From Selaginella moellendorffii (taxonomy: Eukaryota; Plantae; Lycopodiophyta): a stretch of DNA of 64,000 nucleotides. A model generated the notes under the pieces. It was not told where the DNA came from. It worked only from the letters and a program-made list of their open reading frames with translations, and ran no database searches. A program made the translations under genes and the position numbers. The stretch is taken from NCBI RefSeq assembly GCF_000143415.4, contig NW_003314285.1, forward strand, positions 1,143,370-1,207,369, in the 5' to 3' direction. Positions 25,520 through 37,669 of the stretch are shown here, piece after piece. The first letter of the stretch is position 1. The number at the start of each line of letters is the position of its first letter.

Positions 25520-28223
25520 CCCATGAAGTCGAAAAATTTCCCTGAATACCAGTTTTGCCATGTCCTCGCCCGAAAACTCCTTGGTACATGGCAGGAAGTG
25601 TGCCATATTTGTGAAGCAATCCACCACAACTAAAATGCTGTTGAAGCCTCAAGAACTGGGAAGATCACTCAAGAAATCCATGGAGATGGATTCCCAAAGA
25701 CCTGAAGGGACCGGGAGGGATCGAAGCAAACCTAAAGGAAGGTGGTGAGGTACCTTATTCCGAGCGCAAGTGTCACAGGAGGTAACAAAGGCTTTGATGT
25801 AGTCATCCATGTGAGGCCACCAAAAGTCCCGTGCAACCAGCTCATAGGTTTTCGCAATGCCGAAGTGACCAGCAGTCGGGCTATCATGGCACGCCATCAG
25901 GACCAACCTTCGAGCATCACCTTCAGGAACGTAAAGTTGCTCCCCATGGTACAATAAGCCATCTAAGAACTCGAACTCGTCAAATCGCCAGCAGTCGGGA
26001 GTCACTGGGTGTCCAGCTTGAAGATGGGGGAAAATGTCGTTGGCGAGATCATCAAATTGAAGATCGTTTCTGATCGCATCCATCAAGGAGAGTCCTGAGG
26101 GGCCAAGGAAATTGCCATAACTTGAAGCCTATTAGGACCGAGGATAACTTGATCTTGTTGATCGAAGGCAGGATTACCAGGCCTGAGACTGAGGTAGGAG
26201 CGCCTTGAAAGAGCATCAGGAAGGCCTTGAAGCTTTCCAGGTCTGTACTTGATAACAAAATCAAACCGACTCAGGAATTGTGCCCACCTTGCTTAATGAC
26301 GGCTCAAAACTCGGGAAGTGGCAAAGTACTCGAGATTTTTGTGATTCGTCCAGACCATTGTTTGATGGCCCGCCCCCTCCAAGAAACGACGCCACTCTCC
26401 AAAGGAATCCACAATAGCAAGGAGCTCCTTGTCGTGGATTTCGTAATTGATCTCTGCTGGCTAGAATTTCCGAGAATGGAAAGCGACCGGATGAAGTTCT
26501 TGATCCGCTCCGAGTTGAGACAGCACAGCACCAATGGCAAAGTCAGAGGCATCAGCCTCGATGAAGAAAGGTTGTGAGGGATCAGCATGGATCAAGACGG
26601 GAGCAAAACTGAAAGTTGCCTTGAGTGTGTCGAAGGTCTGCTGGGCAGCAGCAGACCAGGAGAAGGGAACATCCTTGCGAGTGAGATGCATGAGAGGAAG
26701 GACAATGTCAGAGTAGTGATCAATGAATTTGTGATAGAAGTTGGCGAAGCCAAGGAAAACCTGAACGTTCGACATTGATTGTGGAGGCTCCCATTCGAGA
26801 ATAGTCTTGACTTTGGTAGGATCCATCGTGATAGCCTCAGGAGTGACAATGTACCCAAGGAACTCCACAGACTGCTGATCGAAGGAACATTTCTCAAGCT
26901 TTGCGTATAGGCCATGTTCTCGCAACTTCGCCAGCACCTTGCGTACATGTTTGTCGTGCTCCTCCTGAGTTTTTGAGTAGATGAGGATGTCATCGAGGTA
27001 GACGATCACCATCTGATCAAGAAACTCCCGAAAGACGTCGTTTGCCATGTGTTGAAAAACTGCTGGAGCATTTGTCAAGCCAAATGGCATGGCAGTGTAC
27101 TCGAAGTGGCCATAGCGGGTTCGGAATGCAGTCTTCCATTCATCACCAGGCTGGATCCGGATCAGGTTGTATGCTCCACGGAGGTCAATCTTGGTGAAGA
27201 AGCGGGCACCGCTGAGGCGTTCCAACAGGTCCGAGATCAGGGGCAGCGGATAATGGTTCCGAACAGTCACCTTGTTCAAACCTCGGTAGTCGATGACTAG
27301 CCGCAAACTCCCGTCCTTCTTCTTGACAAAGAAGACAGGTGCTTCAGCCGGGGACTATGAATGCTGAATGTACCCCAAGGCAAGGTTCTCATCCACGTAC
27401 TCTTTGAGGGCCTGAAGCTCGGACGGGGATAACCCGTAGATAGGCCCCCACAGAGGTGACGCTCCTTCCTGTAAATCAATGGGACAGTCATAAGGCCGAT
27501 GAACAGGCAAGACACTACCTTTTTTCTTGTCAAACACATCCCCAAAATCATGATACTTCTTAGGAAGACTGACAGGAGAAACATGCAAAGCAAAAAGGAA
27601 AAGAGGTTCTTCATGAAGGAGTTCTTTCATAGTGATTGTGGAGATAGGAGAAGGCGTACGACTAAATGGAATGATGAGAAGAGGATATTGTCCAGTGTAA
27701 GATGGAAGAGAGAAAAAAGAAGAGGGTGAAAACTTTGTAGAGTCAGGAACAGAACCCCGATTTGAGTTTAGGGAACTTTTCCTGAGTCGGACTCGATGAA
27801 CAGTAGGGGAAGCCATAGGAGATGGTGATGTGGGAGAGAGGAGCTGTAATTCCTTCCAACAGATCTGAGGCTGATGTAGTTGGAACCAAGGAAGACCGAG
27901 CACCACAGAGGAGGACTTGCTATTGATGATGTTGAAGGCGATATCAGTGACGGTGGACCCGATGTGTACTCGAACGGGCAACGTTTCCCTAAGTCCAAAG
28001 GATGGAGACACAAAATGCCCGCCGATGCCTTCAACCCTCAGATCCCGTATGGTAGGAGAAAGAGGAACATGATGTCGGGCAGCAAAGTCCATGTCCATGA
28101 AGCAGGAAGTTGCACCCGAGTCCAGTAGCGCTAGAGCCTTGAGTCCTGATTGTCCGGTGAAAGAAAGGAGACATGGGATGCGGAAGTTGCGGGAATTGGT
28201 GGTGGCTTTGATGAAAGGTGGTG

Positions 28224-28308
28224 AGGAGCTTGATAAAGAAGAAAAGTGATTTTTATTCGGGTAGTCCAAACAGACAGCTCCTACTCTGTTTGGACAGGGT
28301 CGTTTCCC
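28224..28308 (-). promoter_or_regulatory. Programmed -1 ribosomal frameshift signal (G GGA AAC plus stem/pseudoknot)
   Basis: GGGAAAC at 28308-28302 lies in the gag frame. A 6-nt spacer precedes an 11-bp stem GTCCAAACAGA/TCTGTTTGGAC. Loop AGGAGCT is complementary to AGCTCCT downstream. The -1 frame is the protease ORF. Confidence 0.8.
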
Positions 28309-29252
28309 GACTACAACAGAGGTGGACTTTGAGGCAAAGTGAACTCGAGCAGTCGGGGAGGCTTCTTGGGACATAAAGCTGCTTTGTGATTAGGATTAGC
28401 ACAATAGAGGCAAAGATTATGAGATATTCGACGTTGCTTCTCAGTAGGACTCAACTTCCCTCTAATGAGTCGGGGAGTACCAGAAATATCCATCAAAACT
28501 GGAGCAGTAGGTTCAGGAGTATGCCCTGAAGACTCAAGCTGGGATTCTTGAGTCTGGGATGGAAAAACAGCGGCGTGGCGACTTTCCTGACAACGTTCAA
28601 AGAGATGGTTGTCACATCGAACAGCTTTGTTGATGGCATCCGACAGGTCCTTGGGATCCTCCATGGTGAGCAACAAATCCTTGACACCGTTGTTGAGGCC
28701 GAAACGAAATTGGTCAATCAGGGCCTGCTCATCCCACTGAGTGTCCAAAGCAAGGAGTTGGAACTCTGCAGCGTAGATCGAGGCGGGACGAGACCCCTGA
28801 GAGAGACATCTCATCTTTGTGGTAGCAGCTCAAACCCGATCCGTCTCGCCAAAACATGCTTCGAGCTTCTCTTTGAACAATTGAAGATCCATCAGCTCTA
28901 GAACCACGACCCCTTTCATGCTCTTCTCCAGAAGAGGAGAAAACCATGACAAAGCTGCACCTTCCAGCAACGTCCCAATCGCGCCGATTTGAGACTCGGG
29001 AGTGGGGTACCATTGATGTTGAAGTGCAAAAATCATCTCCATTTGGTTCAGGAATCCGCGAAGCTCCGAACACTTGCCTGAAAATTTTGCTGGGAAACTC
29101 ACCTTTGGTTCAGGAACATTGCTGGATCCTTGAGCCGAAAGTGAAGCAAGCTCCTGCTGCATGTGAAGAAGGGTCACCTTCAGCTCGGTATTCTCAGACT
29201 GGATTTTTGCAAGAACTTCGGCAAAGAAATCAGGATGGCTTGGAGACTCCAT
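28284..29252 (-). pseudogene. gag of Tcn1-like element (in-frame TGA at ~28830 and TAG at ~28311)
   Basis: ORFs 28830-29300 and 28311-28814 are in the same frame and include knuckle NLCLYCANPNHKAALCP. The second copy (56550-56930) reads through the first stop. Confidence 0.8.
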
Positions 29253-32200
29253 CAGCAAGAAGAAAGAAAAAGGGGAAAAAAGGCAAAGGTAGTCAAACAA
29301 TCAAAACGAGCTAAAGCAAAAAAACGAAAAAAACACAATCTGAATCAAACTGTCAAGACCCCCAACAAGATCAAGACTGGAAAATGCAAAAGACAAAGAG
29401 AAAAGCTAGTGGAAACAAAGAAAAGGCCTTAGACTGGTGTTGATTCAGATTGTGGAGAAATGGAACAAGGCTAACCTATATATACTATAGGTTGATGAAG
29501 CTCCACCACTCTTAGATCGAGGACGGCCTAAATATAGCTGAGGTCGAGGAGGCACCACATCATCATCAGGAATCTGGCTCGAGACTCAAGAATCGTATAG
29601 GAAATTAGAGAGTCAGGAATAGGGAAGTGTCTCAAGAGTCAAGAATAGGGAAGTGTCTCGAGAGTCAGGAATGTGGTCTGCAGGTCAGGAATCCAGTGAG
29701 AGTCAGGAATGTGGCAAGAATTAGGGGATTCCTGACACTCACCATGCCTTCTGCATATTCGTTAATGGTTTGACACCAAAGGCTCAACATGCCTTGCCCA
29801 TCCTCTAAGGAGGGTAGTCTCTCCAAATTAGAGATTGATTGGACCACATGTAGTGGTTCTCTCCTTTTATTGGTTTAGTTCTCGCTAAACCTCTTAGAGA
29901 CCCTTCTCTAAGTCAATCCCACTACTCCTTCTTGAGTAGTCTCAATTTCCTTCTATTGAACGTTTGCACCTTGGAACTTTTACTCTTTGACTTCTGGAAG
30001 TCAATATCCTAGGTGTCTCCAACACCTTGCATTGCACATATTGTGCAACTCCACTTCCCCATCCTAGGAAGTTCTTTACTTGAGGGCACCATCATCCTCT
30101 CTTCTATTTTGTGCCACCTTGGGCACTAAGTTCCATTTATCATACTTTGTGTTAGGGCTGTCCATGGCCCTATCATTTGGCTACCTTACCGCTCCCTCCC
30201 TTGGAGCTTCCACTTTTTGCCAAATCGGAGCAATTCGGAATCCATCCTTGGAAACACACTTCCTTTCCTGTAATTTGTTAGCGTCCAACACATTAGTGTT
30301 CCTCGCCTAACTTTTTCACCTGGATTCCTTCCAAGGGATTCCACGGCCCTATCTTGGCCACTCATCTTTTGCTCCTATCTGTTGATTGTTGCACCAGGCA
30401 ACACTAAATCTCTACCTCCTTCCTTGAGGTATTCTTTTGATTCCATAGCAAAGGCTCTACTTTGCTAAGACTAGGGTGTTCACCCCTAGTAAGTCTCTTT
30501 AGCATCTTCTGCTGTGGGCTCTATCCACGGCCCAACTTTGTGACCCTCCCATGGGTCTCTTTAGAGACTACTTTCCTTGGACACACTATGCCATCGCAAT
30601 GACATAGCTCATTTCCCTAAGGTGCTTTTCCCACTTGGTCACCTCGACCAAGCCACACCATCATCAATAGTTCAAATTAACACTTTGAACTAGGAACCTT
30701 ATTCCTTAACCCAAACAAGGACTTTGTCCTTATTTAGCCACAAGATCACCTAGTGATCTCACCTCGGCACCTTAACAGGTTTGCCAATAGGTACTAGGTC
30801 TTCCAGACCTTTAACTTGTTAACTACGACCCCAGGGGCATCCCCCACACTTGGCGGTGCACCCAAGCTAGCCTTTCCGGCCAAGGATCCATAACAACTGA
30901 GACTGGGTGTCCCCATCTCATTCACCACGTCCTTGGTGCCACTGGCACCAAAGTGTTCAAGTTAGATATGCTGAGCCACACTAAGCAATCTAACCATGCA
31001 TTACGACTCCGAGGCATCCCTCGCTTGGCGGTGTGCCCAAACCAGTCTCCAGACTGAGAGTCCATGACCACCGAAAAATGAGTGTCCTCATATTCCAAAC
31101 CATCACCACACCCTAGTGAGTTGGGACTTGAACCCAAGCACTAGAGGGTCGGGACTCGAACTCAACCTCCGTATATGCATCTACGGACGGCATCACCTAG
31201 GATGCCTGGCGTGACTCTCCACGCCGGTGCACCAACTTTTACTCAAAGCGCGCTATAGACCACAGCTTAGGAACCTAGTTCCTCCACCCTGCCAAATCCT
31301 CTCACTTGACACGTCTGTGATCATGCATGGACTCCTCCATGCTTGGCCCCATGGCCCACCCTTTTGAAATTATCACCTTCAACTAGGGTATTTATTCCCC
31401 TGACTTGCCAATCTCGCTTGGCAAGTCCTCCGACCACCGTAACATGGTTCCTGCATAAGCGTGAAAGTCCTTAACCATCGACTTTCGTTCAAAGCCCTCT
31501 CTTTGAACACTTAGGAACTACTTCCCTAACCTTGATAGCCTTGCCCCATGGCAAGCTTCAAGACCACGCTTCTGCTGCACCACTCTAGTTTGGTGCGTTC
31601 CATGAACCATTTACACTTAGCCTTTCTAAATACTAAGCTACCTAGAATCGTCTTTGGGAACCTTGAAGGAACTCTGTCCCTTAGCTTGCTAAGGCCTCCC
31701 TTTTCGCAAGTTTTTTAGTTGCCTTATAGTTTAGTATGGACAATTCCATATTTTAGACTTTCCATGGCATCACGGTTGCTAGCAACAACACCCTCCAGCC
31801 CCCACTTGATTCTCCACTCCCAACTAGCATAACTACCCTTGGTTATGCCCTTCAATTTCTATGGTTTGGTTCTATCCCCTTACTACTTGCTTTTGGCTTC
31901 ACACCTTTCTTTCGGTCATTCTCCTCCGGACTAGGAGGATAGCTTTGCACTTTCTATCATGCCTTAGCAAGTATTCTTGGGGATGAACGTACCCGATAGC
32001 CTAGGGAGTGATTCCTTAATTCAGGTATGCTCACCTTATAATCCCACACACTGGGATTAACGTTGTTGCTTATGGGCCTTTACATGCCCATCACTAGCCT
32101 TGCCAAAATTCCATTTTTGACTTTGTCCAATTTGGGTAGACAGTCTTCTCCCGCCTCCGCAACCTTGGACATTTGGATAGCACTTTCTATCCATTATTCG

Positions 32201-35200
32201 CTAGGGACCTAGTCCCTTGGGCCTTATCTATTGCCCTCGCGACCTCAATCATCACCTCTTGGTGTCCTAGAGTGTTTTGGTGTCCCAAATGATGGCTTGT
32301 TTGACAATGAGCATTCCCTTTTATGACATTGACTTACTATATTGCAACATAAGCAATTTATCCCTCGTAAGGGTATATCTAACTTCCTTATGCCATTAAA
32401 AAGTCTTGGGTAGCTACCTTCTACCAGTTTAACCAATTATCTTGCACCTTTTATTTAGTTGCCTCATAGTTGTCAAGTCCTACAACTCATTGTTGGTGCT
32501 TCCACACCTCCATCCTTGTTTTGGTCACCACACTCTACCACATGCCTTCCAGCTTAGGCTATGCTATTCCCATTTCCGTTGGGATTCCCTTGGCAAGGGG
32601 TTCTCATGAACCCACCAACATAACCTCAAGGTATCACACTTTGGCACATTTGGTGTCTCCACACCATTGGCCCCACGAGCCTATCCTTATAACACTACTT
32701 ATTAGTGTCTAGGTCTTTGCCAAGACCAATATAGTTGTGCCTCGTGCTAACTATCCGTTAGCACCACACCATAGTGTTCGCACCCAACTCTGGGCCAAAG
32801 TTTCTTTCTTCTGGGAACATCTTTCCCACAACTTTAGTATGGCACATTTTGCCATCAATGAGATACCTACTGTTCTCATACTTGGATCTTATGATCCTCC
32901 CCATACCTCATGGGGCACCATACACCTCAGTCCAAATGCTTCAACCAATCCCTTAGGATTATTCCTTGACTCTTATTTGAGTCATCCAGCTTTTTGGACT
33001 TTATCATCTGACGACCCATAAGGTCCTACCTTTGAGGTGCTAGCTCACTGGAATACAACTTCTTGTATTCAAGTCCTACTCACAAGTACTATCTTTGCAA
33101 ATGTTACTTCGACACTTGATTTGTTCTCTTGGGGCAACCTTTTGCCCCTTAGGACCACTTGTCCATGTGATGAGAATACCAACTCATCCTCTGAGTACAC
33201 CCCTAACGCCTTGGGTTGTTCCAGCATTTATTAGAGGTAGCCCCCGCTACCATTTCAAGGACTTGTGTCCTCTTCTGTATTTGACCTCCCATAGTCATCA
33301 ATTCTAGTCTCAAAGTTATGAGCACTAGCCTCAACTATATGAGGGTAATCTTGTGACTCCTTTATTGTTTTGGAGTCTGTATCTTTCCCGTGATCCCAAC
33401 TATAATTGTTTACCACAATTATGTTAGCCCATTTGCTGCATCAAACGTTCATCTGGATCACATCCTCACTCAATGAGGAAAGCCTTACATTGTTCCCAAG
33501 ATCCCAAAGTCGTTCCATCATTGGCCCTTTTCTATTCACCACTTTATCTACAAGTTCACACATGAACTGTAGTGGAGAGCCATGTCTTCCCGACTTGCTA
33601 CTCCTCAAGGACAAACCCACTCCTAGGACCTTCCGATGCCAACACTAGTGGTGATATACTTCAGCACCAATAAAAGTCGGACTAAGGAACAGCTCCGATA
33701 CCAAGTTGTAAGCGACTAAATTTTCCATTCTACTTTAGTCACTTAACCACACCTCCGACCACTTGGAGGAGTCTCATTCACAACCTCCATAAGTCCAATT
33801 CATGACTTGGGACTTGCTAGCCCCGAGAATGGCATCCATGCCACTCAACATTTGCACTTGGTCCAAGTGCTCCACGTGTCCGATCCCATGACCGACACTC
33901 AAAGGTACCACCGACATGGCAGCCTGTTACGCTAAAGCCATGCCCAATCACCTTTGCCACACTAGTAGTCCATTACCACTTGCGTCACAGTCTTGGCTCT
34001 CCAAGACTAGGCAAACCATCTGTGAGTGGTCATCTCAGATCCACTCCTTAGCATCCTTAGGATGCCCACCGACAAGGGGAATATCCTTCCCCAATATCCC
34101 TCTGTCAGTCCCCACTAAGTCCCTTTATGCCCCTGGCCATGTTTGCCAACACTGCCACTGGATCGAGGCCCACAAGCCCGACCACTAAGTCCCACGGTCC
34201 TCTGGGACTTCCTCACCACACGACTGTGTCCTTGGTCACTACCCCAGAGGACTGCTCCTCCTCCTTTCCCCCATTTGGGACTCCGAGACAACTTTTCGGA
34301 ACACCGTGGGCCTACACGAGCCCTGTGGGTACTCTCCCCACCTTCCGCCTTTAGGTGCTCTAGCCATGGGCTCAGAGCGAGGTTCCATTGAGCCACGCCT
34401 GGTATCCAAGTAGGTAGTGCCACCCACACTTGGACTGGGAGCATCGGCCAGTTGATCTCCCGGGGGAACTAGAGCCGGCTCTTGAACACTTCACCAAGCT
34501 ACCCCGCTTGTCGGTCCGTGTTCACTCTAGTCTTGGACTTCCCAGTGGTCAGCTCATCACCCAACACTGGGTCTGGCCTTCCTGGGCCAAACTGGCCTTT
34601 CCTGGCCAAACTGGCTCCACTGGGCTCCAACCCCCACACTCTCCCTACTATACTTTTGGAACCCCCGCAGCCCCCCCCCCCCCGCTTGGGGGACGATCGC
34701 TTTGGGCTTTCACCCAACTGCTTGTATTAGTATTCGGACTCGGACTCGGACTCGGTCTTCGTCCTGAATTCAGACTCGAACTCGGTCTCGGTCGCGGTCT
34801 CGGTCTCGGTCTCGGTCCCAGTCTCAGTTCCATCTTGGACTCCATCTCGGACTCCATCTCGGGTTCATCTCGGACTCCACCTCGGACTCCATCTTGGGTC
34901 CATCTCGGACTCCACCTCGGGTCCATCTCGGACTCCATCTCAGGTCCATCTCGGACTCCATCTCGAACTCCATCTCAGGTCTATCTCGGACTCCACCTCG
35001 GATCCATCTCGGACTCCATCTCGGGTCCATCTCAGACTCCATCTCCGGTCCATCTTGAACTCCATCTCGGGTCCATCTCAGACTCCATCTCGGGTCCATC
35101 TCGGACTCCATCTCAGACTCCATCTCAGGTCCATCTCGGACACTTCCACGTGTCATGTGTTGGTCCTTTCGGGTCCCTTTTTAGAGCCTCGCTTATGGCT

Positions 35201-35377
35201 TGCTTTGTGCTCATTCCTCGAGCACTTTGTTGGGAGTTCCACTCCCGCTCTCGACCTTTCAAGTCGGAGCTTTTAGTCCAAACGTGTTACGCTCATTTGG
35301 CTTTCGCTTTGGCCACTACCATGTGGTGCCCTTCCAGCTCCACTTTGAGGCCTAGGGATTTTGTGTCTCACACTAGG

Positions 35378-35758
35378 TTCGTAGGGCCTTACAAGATTGA
35401 GGCACGAATTGGTAAGGTGGCTTATTGCCTCTGACTTCCTCGAGAGATGGGAAAGATGCACCCTATGTTCTATGTGAACTTACTCAAGCCGTATTTTGAG
35501 GATCCGCTTCCCAAGGACCAAGTAAGACCTTTACCTGAGGTTATCCAAGGGGAAGAGGAGTACGAAATCAAGGCTATCTTCAATCTGTGCAAGAGCAAAC
35601 AACAAGGACGAGAGATGAGGGATTTTCATGTGAAGTGGAAAGGATTTCCACACTGCGAGGCAACATGGGAACCGGAGGAGAACCTAGTGAACATGCGGGA
35701 TTTAATGGAGGAATTTTTACAAGGTAGAACTCTATGTACTTATGCAAAATTCAATTAA
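35378..35758 (+). pseudogene. Gypsy-A integrase C-terminus (GPY) and chromodomain
   Basis: FVGPYKI..HPMFYVNLLKPY..EEYEIKAI..VKWKGFPHCEATWEPEENL. Resumes directly after the CTAGG TSD. Confidence 0.88.
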
Positions 35759-35853
35759 AAAAATCTATTTTGAGAGATTGAGCAATGTCGTATGTTGGGA
35801 TCCGAAGGGGTGCTGAAGGTAAGCTAATTAGCATGGGTTAACTAGGTCAACTA

Positions 35854-36095
35854 GGCGTAGGGAACTACACCCGACTCCCGCAGGGATGTCGAATTTGTAG
35901 ATGTATTTTACGGAGGTTGGGTTCGAGTCCCAACCCTTTAGTAAAGCACGATTGGGTTCAAGTCCCAACCCCATACTAGGGCGTGGTGAGGGGAGGGGTA
36001 TAGGGACACTTACATTTCGTTGTCATGGGCTCTTGGCCGGGGAGGTTAACTTAGGCACACCGCTAAATGGGGGGATACCCTCAGAGACATGGTCA
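35854..36095 (+). ncRNA. Putative structured cis-RNA in Gypsy-A 3' UTR (twin T-loop hairpins)
   Basis: Series of hairpins including GGTTGGG-TTCGAGT-CCCAACC and TTGGG-TTCAAGT-CCCAA. Homologous covarying copies in LARD-A at 7711-8120 and 30820-31227 (-). Confidence 0.55.
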
Positions 36096-36250
36096 ACAAG
36101 TGATAGGATTAAAAAAGAAGCGTTTGACGTGGGCATCGAACTTCTTCTATAGGTGGTGGAGTTGTAAAGAACTAATTCCTCGAGGTGTTGAAGGCTAAAG
36201 GATCCCCGAGAGCATGACCAAAATGATAAAGAATTCATCGAATGAGACCA

Positions 36251-36910
36251 TGTAGCACATGTGATTATGGGATGAGATTTGGATATACTGTCACCGTGGA
36301 TCCTTGGAACCTTAGGGGATAAATGGGGATAAAATAGCCATTAAGGGCTCTCTCATCAAGCAATTGCCCCTTTTCCAGTTGGTTTAAGGGGAGAAAGATA
36401 AGGTGCGCTACAGTTGGTATCGGAGCAAATGGCACGGGTTCGATTCCCATTGATTAGTGGCTACTTAAAATATAATATACCCTTGAGCAAAGTATATTCC
36501 TACCCCTAAATTTGAAATCATACATATTGGGCATCCTTGCGTACGTCCTTTCTCTTGTGTGGAGTATCCACGGACGAAGGTATCCACCGTGGGACTGTAG
36601 TATGGGTGGATGACTAGTTGCCTCACATGGAATACCTGGTCTACACAATTGAAGGATTAGTAGATTCAATGTGGAAATGGAGGTGGGATGACTAGTTGCC
36701 TCACATGGAATAGCTGGTCTACACAATGGAAGGATTGGTAGATTCAATGTGGAAATGGAGGTGCTGGTTCCTCTTGGCTCAGTAGGGGTTGTTAGTCAAT
36801 AGTCAATAAGGACATTTACATCTCTGAAGGGGGGGTGAGTGTAGCGCATGTGATCATGGGATGAGATTTGGATATACTGTCACCGTGGATCTTTGGAACC
36901 TTGGGGGATA
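36251..36910 (+). mobile_element. TRIM (162-bp LTR family), 3' LTR truncated, inserted in Gypsy-A 3' LTR
   Basis: LTR 36251-36412 (TGTAGC...GCTACA). PBS TGGTATCGGAGC at 36415-36426. 78-bp internal tandem repeat at 36608-36763. PPT GAAGGGGGGGTGAG. Second LTR 36840-36910. Confidence 0.88.
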
Positions 36911-37414
36911 CTCAGATTGAGTCCAAGGTTGAGTTTGAGACTAAGTCCGAGATCGAGTCTAAGACCAACTCCAAGACCGAGTTCAAGACCGAGTCCGAGA
37001 CCAAGTTTGAGACCAACTCCAAGACCAAGTTCGGGTCCGAGACCAAGTCCGAGATCGAGTTCGAGACAGAGTCCAAGGTCGAGTCCGAGATCGAGTCCGA
37101 GACCAAGTCCAAATACTAATACAGGTCATGGGGTGAAAGCCCAAAGCGTGTGTCTCCCGAGGGGGGGGGGGCGGCTGTAGGGGGTAGTGAGGTCTAGGAA
37201 TTAGTCTTGAAGGAACTCTCCAATAGTGCTTCCAAATTGACTTGAGGTTGAGATTGGGGTCGAGGGGCCTTGGGTGGGTGTGAGTATGGACTCGGGTGGT
37301 GCTAGAGGGGCCATCCAAGGAAGTGCTCAAGAGCAGCTCCCACTCCTGAAAAGGAAACCGACTATAGTGCTCTAGGCTCATGTGGAGTGGTGCCCCACTT
37401 GAGTACTTTGTGGA

Positions 37415-37668
37415 CAAATGGAACAAAGCCAACCTATATATACTATAGGTTGATGAAGCTCCACCACTCTTGGATCAAGGACGGCCTAAATATAGCTGAG
37501 GTCGAGGAGGCGCCACATCATCATCAAGAATGTGGTTCAAGAATCAGGAATTGTATAGGAAATCAGAGAGTCAGGAATAGGGAAGTGTCTCGAGAGTCAG
37601 GAATGTGGTCTACAAGTCAGGAATCTGGCCAGAGTTAGGAATGTGGCAAGAATTGGGGGATTCCTGAC
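37415..37668 (-). repeat. Truncated LTR of the Tcn1-like family
   Basis: Matches 23673-23926 and ends GGGGATTCCTGACA. Confidence 0.85.
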
Positions 37669-37669
37669 A

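Larger units (their letters stand above)
23938..28308 (-). pseudogene. pol of Tcn1-like element (PR-RT-RH-INT-CHD), interrupted by Cassandra
   Basis: ORFs 27355-28374, 26461-27306, 25649-26086, 24379-24987 and 23938-24222 (EYEVQDILDSK..YLVDWKGY..TWEP). Confidence 0.9.
23566..29737 (-). mobile_element. Tcn1-like self-priming chromovirus, full length but with premature stops
   Basis: LTRs 23566-23926 and 29351-29737 (TGTCA...TGACA). PPT GAGGAGGGGGTAC on minus. TSD CTCAC at 23561-23565 and 29738-29742. Contains gag, PR (LLDSGAT), RT (YLDD), RNase H, integrase and chromodomain. The clade assignment is an inference. Confidence 0.92.
21652..35372 (-). mobile_element. LARD-A copy 2 (inverted), inserted in Gypsy-A integrase
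   Basis: 5' LTR 33707-35372 and 3' LTR 21652-23338. PBS TGGTATCGGAGC on minus at 33692-33703. PPT at 23339-23352. TSD CTAGG at 21647-21651 and 35373-35377. Internal region is colinear with copy 1 and has ~350 bp extra at ~31476-31820. Confidence 0.93.
15867..37414 (+). mobile_element. Gypsy-A: defective chromovirus (gag-PR-RT-RH-INT-chromodomain) hosting several nested insertions
   Basis: 5' LTR starts TGTAAGGAACC at 15867. The homologous 3' LTR starts at 36163 after PPT AGGTGGTGGAGT and is truncated near 37414. Coding fragments: CCHC knuckle FNCGEAGHFLREC, protease FINTGA, RT ORF 19206-19661, integrase ORF 20739-21161, chromodomain ORF 35447-35758. Confidence 0.85.

Noticed and set aside
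35915-35968. tRNA genes or tRNA-SINE
   Set aside because: There are T-arm-like hairpins only, with no D-arm/A-box, anticodon arm or acceptor stem. Reported instead as a structured cis-element.
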